Source of the DNA: Pseudomonadota bacterium
GTDB lineage: Bacteria; Desulfobacterota; Desulfobacteria; Desulfobacterales; RPRI01
Reading direction: 5' to 3'
DNA: 64,000 nt
Assembly (NCBI GenBank): GCA_043825875.1
Contig: JBDRRF010000038.1
Span: 1 to 64,000 of the forward strand
The position numbers and the translations under genes are program-made. Below the pieces are notes generated by a model. It worked only from the letters and a program-made list of their open reading frames with translations. It was not told where the DNA came from and ran no database searches. Below are positions 39,311 through 48,673 of the stretch, one piece after another. Within the stretch, counting starts at the first letter, position 1; each line of letters starts with the position of its first letter.

Positions 39311-39637
39311 GAATCCTTTGCATAACGCCCCCCTTAAACCAATGAGCGGTGGTTAGCGCTTACGCTTCACTTCGTACCATTAACACGACTGGGCTAAAAT
39401 CTCATTTGCCGAAATAATCGAAGTCTTCCTGTGGTTGAGATTATAGCCTTTCTTATGAGCCAGTTTCAAAACGCACCATTTTGGCCGATCTTAAGCGTTG
39501 GGCTCAAATTTCAATCCTCGAAATACTATATGTATTCCTGTGGTTGAAATTTTCTCCCGCCTTGAGCTTGACCAAACTGAAACGTTTTGAAAGTGGCTCT
39601 TATACTTAACCAAAATATGGCATTCTTCTAATGTCTT
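39311..39637 (-). mobile_element. Old, diverged MITE relative interrupted by MITE A copy 3
   Basis: After removing copy 3 and one TSD, the minus strand reads TTTGGTTAAGTATAAGAAAGGCTATAATCTCAACCACAGGAAGAC...TGAGATTTTAGCCCA, colinear with the family A body. Ends resemble GAGACCTTTG; a further such end lies at 39240-39260. Confidence 0.7.
39457..39599 (-). mobile_element. MITE family A copy 3 (143 bp)
   Basis: TIRs intact; TSD TTAT. Confidence 0.92.
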
Positions 39638-40025
39638 GAAACATGATACCGGATTAATGCAAAACCCTTATACCCTCAAATTTCCTAAGCATGGTCTTAT
39701 AACAAATATTCGATTGTAAAACAATGCAATAGTTCTAAAATGTTATATTTTTTTTGCAATTTACTTTCTGTTTATCAACAGAAGAAGCAATATCTTAAAA
39801 TATACTTTTATATAGTACGAAAACTGTGGGGTTTTGAAAATAATAGGAGAAAATTATAGGAGAGTTTTGAATAACTACCCGAAAATTATTTTCCTGTAAT
39901 ATTTGCTTTGCTTTTTAAATCCATAAAAGAAGTAATATAATAAGATTGGTTTCTATCATCGTAAGGTAATTTTTAATATCTCAACCTGATTATACAAATA
40001 CTGCAATACTACTATCGTATAAGCT

Positions 40026-40058
40026 AAAAAAAGGGCAGGACCACCCTTGATCCTGCCC
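40026..40058 (-). terminator. Intrinsic terminator after the PEP-CTERM gene
   Basis: GGGCAGGA/TCCTGCCC stem plus 7 T on the minus strand. Confidence 0.8.
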
Positions 40059-40079
40059 ATGCTTCCCTTCAGACAATTC

Positions 40080-40604
40080 TTATTTTTTAATTTTTCTCTT
40101 TATACCAACTAAGCCTAGCAGGCCGGAACCAAAAAGTAAAACAGCTCCGGGGATTGGAACAGCAGGCGCTGCCTGTGTTGCGTCAAAGTGCCAGGTATAC
40201 ATTTCCTGGCCACCAAATGGGCTTAAAATAAATGTACCGGTATTTGCCACAGTATCAAGAGTAAATGCTCTCAAAGTTGCTAAATAAACTGAACCGAAAG
40301 CTTCAACATCGTAATCTTGGCTGGCATCCACACTCAGAACACCGGCAGCCATCGTGCCCGGCCCGGTCATTGGTGCAGGCCATGCCCATGTAGTCAAACT
40401 ATCTTCAGTACCTAGGTTAGTCGTGCCAATCGTTACCATATCCGGGGTCGTAAGATCGCCAGCTATAGTTAAATCGAATGTAAAAGGCCCAAGAGTTGCC
40501 GTATTTGTCTCTGCCGGCTTTGAACAATTATAAACGATTGAAGCATTTGCTGAACCCACAACAAACAAAAAACATACCATGGTCAAAAAAATAACTTTCT
40601 TCAT
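40080..40604 (-). CDS. VPLPA/PEP-CTERM sorting-domain protein
   Basis: Signal peptide (ANA-S); C-terminal VPIPGAVLLFGSGLLGLVGIKRKIKK. Confidence 0.9.
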   Translation of the reverse strand: MKKVIFLTMVCFLFVVGSANASIVYNCSKPAETNTATLGPFTFDLTIAGDLTTPDMVTIGTTNLGTEDSLTTWAWPAPMTGPGTMAAGVLSVDASQDYDVEAFGSVYLATLRAFTLDTVANTGTFILSPFGGQEMYTWHFDATQAAPAVPIPGAVLLFGSGLLGLVGIKRKIKK

Positions 40605-40829
40605 TCTTTTCTCCTTTTCCTTTGCATGTCTGGTTATTAGCTCTGCAATAGATATTGATTTTGAAGGGAAGCACTTGCAGAACCAAGGAATGTCTTGCCT
40701 TTTTTGCTTATACTATCTTAAGAAAAGTAATTTACTTTTAATATAATTTTTTGATATTTGCTTTTAACAGTGATCTGTTAAGATTTTTAAAGCTCTTTAT
40801 ATTCAGTGAAATACGCAGTATTAGACATT

Positions 40830-40961
40830 GATGGCCTCGTAAAAAGTCTGATAACTCCTGTTTCGTCATGCCGGACCTGATCCGGCATCCAGTAATTTCA
40901 ATAGGTTCTGAATACCAGCTTTCGCAGGTATGACGATTTGGGGACTTTTTGCGAATTCAAC
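40830..40961. mobile_element. MITE family B enclosing a REP-like double hairpin
   Basis: Imperfect TIR GATGGCCTCGTAAAAAGTC / GACTTTTTGCGAATTCAAC with flanks GACATT/AACATT; internal CGTCATGCCGGACCTGATCCGGCATCCAG ... CTGAATACCAGCTTTCGCAGGTATGACG. Confidence 0.75.
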
Positions 40962-41202
40962 AACATTAAGAAAACTTGCATTACCAATTAATCTTATCTA
41001 TTGATTGCAGTAAAAGGTACCAGAACACTTCGTTTAATTTTTTCTTTTGCTGCCGATCTCAAAGATTTGGGCATTACAATACTATACTATATTATACTAT
41101 TGCCAAGAGAGTATTGGCAGGCGTAAAATACTATCGGAGCAATAACAAACGACACATCATTTGTTATTTATATCTTAATGATATATATTTGAGTGCTAAA
41201 AG

Positions 41203-41730
41203 TCAGCATTGTTTCCGGGTACGATAACCGGCCAGACAAAGGATGCCCGAGCCAAGAAGCCAAAAAGCGCCAGGCAGAGGTGCATGAACCGGCATAAGGT
41301 TGTCAACTCCATTTTGGTTTGAAATAAAATCAATTTTTACGGGTAAACTTGAAAGCGCTGTCCAATAAATACTAAGCGAATCGTAGTGGTTTGTAAGATT
41401 CTCACCTAAGAACTCAATACTATAAGGTGAATATAGATAGCTATCATCATCTTTCATGACTGCCAACTCAACACGAGTTTTCCAATCTGAAGCGGCAGTA
41501 GTTGGCACTTCAACCAGCGGGGTTACAAATGGAAACCACTCAGTACCTAGTTTGTAGAATAATTGCCCCAAACCGCCTGCAAGAGGATCGTTGATATTAA
41601 TATCAGTGATTTCAATATCTGCTTTTCCATCATGATCCTCATCTATTGCATAAAACTGAACTGCCGCAGCCATTGACGTAAGGCCAAAAACAATAAACGC
41701 CGTCATGCCAACCAATAAGACTTTTTTCAT
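41203..41730 (-). CDS. VPLPA/PEP-CTERM sorting-domain protein
   Basis: Signal peptide; C-terminal APLPGAFWLLGSGILCLAGYRTRKQ. Confidence 0.88.
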   Translation of the reverse strand: MKKVLLVGMTAFIVFGLTSMAAAVQFYAIDEDHDGKADIEITDININDPLAGGLGQLFYKLGTEWFPFVTPLVEVPTTAASDWKTRVELAVMKDDDSYLYSPYSIEFLGENLTNHYDSLSIYWTALSSLPVKIDFISNQNGVDNLMPVHAPLPGAFWLLGSGILCLAGYRTRKQC

Positions 41731-41878
41731 TGCTTAGTTCCTCCTTAGGGCTATCTGGTTTAAGTACTACCGCAAAATTATAAAAATAAATTTTTATTAG
41801 CAGAATATTGGGTAGAAGTTTTTGGAATGTTCAAATGAAAAAACAGACTACCACATTTTAAGCTGCCTTTAGACAGTG

Positions 41879-42065
41879 GAGCCAGTTTCAAAACGCCCCA
41901 TTTTGGCCGATCTCTTCGTTGGGCTCAAATTTCGCACGAAGTGACACGTAGTGAAGCATAAGCGCTAACCTTTAGCGCTATCCTCGAAATACTTAATGTA
42001 TTCCTGTGGTTGAAATTTTCTCCCGCCTTGAGCTTGACCAAACTGAAACGTTTTGAAAGTGGTTC
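41879..42065 (-). mobile_element. MITE family A copy 4 (187 bp, with 45-nt doubled insert)
   Basis: TSD AGTG; insert at 41935-41979. Confidence 0.92.
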
Positions 42066-42318
42066 AGTGTTCTTTTTCATAAGTAAATGGGCTTTTATAA
42101 CCCAAGGTTTAATGAGGTCTAATGAAATTGCAATACGAGATATAATCCAACACTTCATGATTTGCTAAGTGTTTTGCTATAAATCGATAATGCGATAACC
42201 TGTAAGGCTCCAGGCTGCGAAGAAACCGTTCTGTGAGGTAATTATCCCAACAGTTTTTTTCGGCTCATGCCTGGTAGTATTCAATACTGTTCGCTTTTTA
42301 TTTTAAATTATTTAACCA

Positions 42319-42334
42319 TGCAATACATGGACCA
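42319..42334 (-). promoter_or_regulatory. Candidate sigma54 promoter for the PEP-CTERM gene at 41730
   Basis: Minus strand TGGTCCATGTATTGCA (GG-N10-GC), with an AT-rich tract and repeated AGGTAAA..CATAC motifs upstream. Confidence 0.55.
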
Positions 42335-42611
42335 ACCGTGGCCATTTAGCATAATATATTGATATCATTCATTATATAAATATTATGGGTTATAATCTAA
42401 ATGAAGCAATTGAAGGGTATTTCATACGCAAAGGTTAGGTAAAGACATACATTGTTTTTTAACAGCTTGAAATAATACAAATATTATTCGGAGGTAAACT
42501 CATACACTTTTTTACTCTAGTAAAATTTGTTTGATCTATATCATGCATTATTAATATCTTCAGAAGTACAAAATAATACTTGAATACGCAAAAAGAGAAT
42601 CTTATCTATCT

Positions 42612-43685
<1,074 letters not shown>

Positions 43686-43782
43686 TTATGGTATATGAAA
43701 CGAGATTGCCATCTGCTTTTGCTGATGCTTTGAGGATTCAAGCCTAAAATACAAGCTGATTTTCCTTGGCCACAGGAGCCCT

Positions 43783-43924
43783 GAGCCAGTTTCAAAACGC
43801 CCCATTTTGGCCGATCTCTGCGTTGGGCTCAAATTTTAATCCTCGAAATACGCCATGTATTCCTGCGGTTAAAATTTTCGCCCGCCTTGAGCTTAAACAA
43901 ACTGAAACGTTTTGAAAGTGGCTC
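43783..43924 (-). mobile_element. MITE family A copy 5 (142 bp)
   Basis: TIRs intact; TSD CCCT. Confidence 0.92.
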
Positions 43925-44024
43925 CCCTGTTTATCTATTACCAGATATATAGCATTTGTCAAAATAATGTTCCGAGTTAATATGTAATTGTTTGGTTATG
44001 ACATTTGCTATAAAGAACAGGCAT

Positions 44025-44053
44025 AAAAAAAGCAGGGTCGTTTCCGACCCTGC
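44025..44053 (-). terminator. Intrinsic terminator
   Basis: Perfect 9-bp stem GCAGGGTCG/CGACCCTGC with 4-nt loop, plus 7 T on the minus strand. Confidence 0.85.
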
Positions 44054-44238
44054 CGGTATTTTTACAAAGAGGCTTCACAGAAGCCTTTAGCCGATTTTTT
44101 ACAATTCGCATACACACCAATAACCAAATGGAACAAACTTATAACCTTTGTGCTACAGCTCCTACTTTCTTAAATAAAAAAATGGAATAGCAAAGCTGCA
44201 AAAAATACTCTGCTATCCCATCTCACTTTTGTGTTATT

Positions 44239-45531
44239 TTAACTCACATGTACCGCTATCCGTCGCCTTACCCCCACAAGCCCGATCAATCCGGCAGCTA
44301 ACAACCATAGCGAAGCAGGAATAGGAACCGCAGAAAGAAACATTGAGTTGCCTGATGTAACAAATTCAAAACCGGTAACAGGTCCTGCGAGAAGACTTCC
44401 GGTTAAAGTATACGCTGTAAAGGGATTCGTGATGCCGCCGGTCGCAGTTATGATTTCAAATTGATCACCTATCGCAAGACTATAACCTGGCAATAATTCG
44501 ATTTGCAGAATAGCTCCGCCAAGGTCGGCGGTTCCGTCAATATTAAGCTGATCATAATCGCTTATACTAGATAACTGGATATTAAGTATTCCTCCAGATT
44601 GAATATAATCACCCGTGACTGAAAGCATGCCAGGTGAGTTACCCGGCCCGACATTTCCACCGCTAACAGATACGTCTCCAATTATTGAACCACTGCCCTG
44701 CAAGATACCTCCGCTCATAGAAACCGGAGCAGTCAGAGTACCGTTTACTATTGTCATACCATCAGTCTGCGTATAACTTGTTGCACTGGCATTGCTGCCA
44801 TTCTGAATATCGAACGTTCCGGTGTTGGTAACTGCACCGGTAATATTTCCACCGGCAGCGCTTAATGTCGAAGTCCCGGAATTATTAAGAGTCGAAGTCA
44901 TGGCCCCACCGGAGAAATTGAAAGCACCACTGTTAGAGGTAGTATCGGCAGTCAGTGAACCACCACTCAGGTTATATATTTTGCCATTGTTTATGGTAAG
45001 AATACTGCCGCTGTCCGTAAATATACTCGTTCCGTTTGTCTGATTAAAGGTGTCGAAGTTTAATGTGCCACCGGTTCTATTGAAGGTACCATTGTTAGTA
45101 AGCGTCCCTGCAGAAAGCGTTCCGCCACTTAAGTTATAAGCACCTAAAGTACTGATTGTGCCGGCATTCATGTTCAATGTCCCAGCACTTTGATTTAAGG
45201 AACTTAAATCATTAACAGTGAGAATGGTTGATTGGAGAGTTGTGCCAGATGTTGTTAAGTTAAGATTGCTACCAGTTAGCGTTAACGATGATAAATCACC
45301 ATTAGCCTTTTTATCATAATTGACCGAGTAGCCAGAACCAATGGATACAACATCTCCTCCCGTTGGCACACCATTAGGGTCCCAATTCTTTTTTTGGCTC
45401 CATTTATCAGACCCACCACCATCATCCCATGATACCAAGTCTGCACTTGCCTTCATCGGAAATCCGAGAGCAACCAAACTTATTGTTGCCAAGGTAACCG
45501 CCAGAATAATCATTGTTCTTTTATTTTTCAT
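44239..45531 (-). CDS. G/T/S/N-rich beta-helix (autotransporter passenger-like) protein with VPLPA-CTERM signal
   Basis: Signal peptide, WDDGGG..W...NW start, YNLSGGTL repeats, VGPGNSPGMLSVTGDYIQ, C-terminal VPIPASLWLLAAGLIGLVGVRRR. Confidence 0.88.
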   Translation of the reverse strand: MKNKRTMIILAVTLATISLVALGFPMKASADLVSWDDGGGSDKWSQKKNWDPNGVPTGGDVVSIGSGYSVNYDKKANGDLSSLTLTGSNLNLTTSGTTLQSTILTVNDLSSLNQSAGTLNMNAGTISTLGAYNLSGGTLSAGTLTNNGTFNRTGGTLNFDTFNQTNGTSIFTDSGSILTINNGKIYNLSGGSLTADTTSNSGAFNFSGGAMTSTLNNSGTSTLSAAGGNITGAVTNTGTFDIQNGSNASATSYTQTDGMTIVNGTLTAPVSMSGGILQGSGSIIGDVSVSGGNVGPGNSPGMLSVTGDYIQSGGILNIQLSSISDYDQLNIDGTADLGGAILQIELLPGYSLAIGDQFEIITATGGITNPFTAYTLTGSLLAGPVTGFEFVTSGNSMFLSAVPIPASLWLLAAGLIGLVGVRRRIAVHVS

Positions 45532-45601
45532 TATATCTCATCACCTTATATTTATAATCTCATACGCATAACTTATTTATTATTTATATAGCCAGCAATT
45601 A

Positions 45602-45617
45602 TACAAACCTCATGCCA
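45602..45617 (-). promoter_or_regulatory. Candidate sigma54 promoter
   Basis: Minus strand TGGCATGAGGTTTGTA (-24 intact, -12 TTGT variant), 70 nt upstream of the PEP-CTERM gene. Confidence 0.5.
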
Positions 45618-45853
45618 ACAGGTTGAGATAGAGTTATTAACTGTTTTTATAACACATTTTATACATATTAATATACTGATATAACGACAATAATATATCT
45701 ATTTCATACAGCGGGAATCCTATGGGATAAGAACCCCAAAAGAGAAAACTATATGGGAAAAGCATTAAATATATTTATAGAACCATTAAATAATTTAATA
45801 GCAGAAAGGGGAAATAATTTTCATAAATGCTCCGATTCAATTTGTAATTGTTT

Positions 45854-46018
45854 TAGCCGGTTTCAAAACGTTTCAGTTTGGTCAAGCTCAAGGCGGGCGA
45901 AATTTTTAACCGCAGGAATACATGGCGTATTTCGAGGATAGCGCTAATGCTTCACTTCGTGCGAAATTTGAGCCCAACGCAGAGATCGGCCAAAAATGGG
46001 GCGTTTTGCAATTGGCTC
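45854..46018 (+). mobile_element. MITE family A copy 6 (165 bp, with 22-nt insert)
   Basis: TSD GTTT; slightly eroded TIRs; insert at 45940-45961. Confidence 0.9.
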
Positions 46019-46060
46019 GTTTGGCTATGAGTGCGTATGTAATTTTCAGGAAGAAAAAGA

Positions 46061-48490
46061 TTAAGAAGATATATTCTCCGGTAGTTTATAATCCTTGAAA
46101 AATTGCCATATGATCTCATTGGCATCAAGATTGACTGCTGTTTTGCCGAATATTTTTTCCGGAAAAAACTTAGGCCTTCCGGGCCATGTATGGCCGCCTT
46201 CTTCTATTTTGTAAAATACTACTTTTACTTCTTCACTACCTTTTCCATACATATAGCATTTTATCGAAAGATCCGATGGCCCTTTTTCCAGTTCGGTATA
46301 AACAGGTTCCGAATCACAGCCGTTTTTATCTACCCACCATTGCACAAATTCTTCGGAAGACAAACTCGCTCCCTTATAAGTACCGGCAGTTCCGCCTTCA
46401 TAATAAGCAAATACATCGTTTGTCCCATGAAAATAGATTACAGGCACAGGACGATCAGGGTGCCACTTTTTGTCCATATCTTTAAATATTGTTGCGGAAA
46501 CAGGAGCTATAGCCGTTATCTTATTTGCAAATGCAGCTGCCAAATAAATGGCCATGCCACCGCCGTTAGAATATCCGGTTACATAAACACGCCTTGGATC
46601 GATGGGCGCTTTTTCTATCAATTTATCAATTAATGCCGATAAGAACGAAACATCGTCAACTTCCGGTATCCGGCAATCATTCCAATGCAACCTGCCTTTA
46701 TATGTTCCTATCGCATCGGGATATACCACAACAAAGTTTTTTTCATCGGCAATATCGGACCAACCTGAAATTCTCTCCATTTGCAGTCCTGTCATTTGGC
46801 CGCCATGAAGCATCAGTACTAAAGGCAGGCGATTACCGGGTGTAAAGCCAACAGGCATATGAACACGGTATGTACGCTTTCGATCATCGAACATCATTGA
46901 ACAATCATACTTGCCGGAAGATTCAATTACTTCTTGTAATGCATATTGCTCTCGAAGCACACGTTTTAATTTCTTTCCCGAAGTTGAAGAAGGAATCTCA
47001 TCTATAAATATTACTTCTTTCGGCTTTTTATGTGATGCAAGCTTATCTTTAACATAATCTATGATATCTTGTTCGCTTACCATTGCATTTTTTTTGGGAA
47101 CCACATAGGCAACAAGCCTTTCTCCCCAATTCTGATCAGGTACCCCTATTACCGAAGAATCGTAAACATCCTTATGAGTGTGCAGTACTTCTTCTATTTC
47201 GGCAGGATAGATATTTACGCCCCCGGATATAACCATATCAACATCCCTGTCCGCGATATAATAATAACCGTCCTTATCCATACTAGCCATATCGCCTACC
47301 GTAAAATAGCCGTCATAATAAATTGCTTTTGTTGCTTCTGGTTTTTCATGATAGCCGCTTAGCAGAAAAGAGCTCTTTACATATATTTTACCAATTTCTC
47401 CGATTTGCACCTCAGTATTATTTTCATCAAGCAACTTGATTTCTACACCTGGGGCCGCTTTTCCGCAGCTTCCCGGCTTTTTTAATTGGTCTTCAGGTAT
47501 CATAAATGTCACACAGCTAAGCTCGGTTCCTCCATACATTTCATAGATCTTATCGTTTCCGAATATCTCAACCGCTTTTTTCTTAAGAGCAAACGGGAAA
47601 GCCTCTCCGGTTACTATTATCAGGCGAAGAGAAGAAAAATCATATTTTTTTAATATTTCTTCAGGCAAACTACAAATTCGATTCAACATGGTAGGAACTA
47701 CAAAAGTAGTTGTAACACGATGTTTTTGTATAAGTTCAAGAAAATTTACGGCATCAAATTTCGGCATAATTACAACGGGGTTTCCAAAAAGAAAAGAACA
47801 GCTTGCAAAACTCAAAGGAGCGGTATGGCACAAAGGGCCTGCCACAATGTGTTTATCGCTAAAATCCCAACCTGTTATGAATGCATACAAAAGCATCATG
47901 TTCAATCTGTTTTTACTGTTTCTGACAACACCCTTTGGTCTGCCTGTTGTGCCGGAAGTATATATCAATGAAGATGCCATTCCAAGAGAAGGATTTTGCA
48001 AACCCGGATCAGTATCATTATCAGCATTGATAAGATCTTTAAATCCAATTGAGTCTGATTTTACAGGCCCGTTCGCACAAACATATATCAGATCCGGATT
48101 TTCGATTTTATCCTTAACTCCGGAAATTATCTTTTCAAATTGATGATCGTAAATTAAAATCTTTGATTTAGAATCATTTACGATATGGGCTACTTCATCT
48201 TCTTTAAAACGATAATTAATAAATACAGGCGTAGTATAAATCTTACCACATGCATGCCATATATATATCATTTCAGGGCAATTGGACATGAGAACCGAAA
48301 CCCTGGAATTGGCTGCAATTTTATGCTGCAATAAAGAATTAGCTAAAATATTACCGGTTCTATCAAGCTCTTTATATGAGACAGTAATATCTTCCATAAT
48401 AATAGCCGGATGTTCCGGGGTTCTTTTTGCGTGATTTGCTATCCCAAGCTTTTCTGTGCCAATGTTTTTTATATAATCATCAAGATCCAT
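46061..48490 (-). CDS. Fusion: AMP-dependent acyl-CoA ligase plus LpqC/PHB-depolymerase-like alpha/beta esterase
   Basis: aa 1-520: YTSGTTGRPKG, YGGTE, VGD, ISGGVNIYPAEIE, SGKK. aa ~530-809: LMLHGG, VVYPDA, DDVSF, GYSNGG, HGTND, GGHTWPG. Confidence 0.88.
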   Translation of the reverse strand: MDLDDYIKNIGTEKLGIANHAKRTPEHPAIIMEDITVSYKELDRTGNILANSLLQHKIAANSRVSVLMSNCPEMIYIWHACGKIYTTPVFINYRFKEDEVAHIVNDSKSKILIYDHQFEKIISGVKDKIENPDLIYVCANGPVKSDSIGFKDLINADNDTDPGLQNPSLGMASSLIYTSGTTGRPKGVVRNSKNRLNMMLLYAFITGWDFSDKHIVAGPLCHTAPLSFASCSFLFGNPVVIMPKFDAVNFLELIQKHRVTTTFVVPTMLNRICSLPEEILKKYDFSSLRLIIVTGEAFPFALKKKAVEIFGNDKIYEMYGGTELSCVTFMIPEDQLKKPGSCGKAAPGVEIKLLDENNTEVQIGEIGKIYVKSSFLLSGYHEKPEATKAIYYDGYFTVGDMASMDKDGYYYIADRDVDMVISGGVNIYPAEIEEVLHTHKDVYDSSVIGVPDQNWGERLVAYVVPKKNAMVSEQDIIDYVKDKLASHKKPKEVIFIDEIPSSTSGKKLKRVLREQYALQEVIESSGKYDCSMMFDDRKRTYRVHMPVGFTPGNRLPLVLMLHGGQMTGLQMERISGWSDIADEKNFVVVYPDAIGTYKGRLHWNDCRIPEVDDVSFLSALIDKLIEKAPIDPRRVYVTGYSNGGGMAIYLAAAFANKITAIAPVSATIFKDMDKKWHPDRPVPVIYFHGTNDVFAYYEGGTAGTYKGASLSSEEFVQWWVDKNGCDSEPVYTELEKGPSDLSIKCYMYGKGSEEVKVVFYKIEEGGHTWPGRPKFFPEKIFGKTAVNLDANEIIWQFFKDYKLPENISS

Positions 48491-48506
48491 ATTATATTCT
48501 CAATTC

Positions 48507-48670
48507 GAGCCAGTTTCAAAACGCCCCATTTTGGCCGATCTCTGCGTTGGGCTCAAATTTCGCACGAAGTGAAGCATTAGCGCTATCCTCGAAATACTTA
48601 ATGTATTCCTGCGGTTGAAATTTTCTCCCGCCTTGAGCTTGACCAAACTGAAACGTTTTGAAAGTGGCTC
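48507..48670 (-). mobile_element. MITE family A copy 7 (164 bp, with 22-nt insert)
   Basis: TIRs intact; flanks ATTC/ACTT are not a perfect TSD; insert at 48563-48584. Confidence 0.9.
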
Positions 48671-48673
48671 ACT

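Noticed and set aside
45854..48670. Composite transposon formed by MITE copies 6 and 7 around the ligase-esterase gene
   Set aside because: Copy 6 has its own GTTT duplication on both sides and the outer flanks (GTTT vs ACTT) differ. The same argument applies to pairs 3-4, 4-5 and 5-6.
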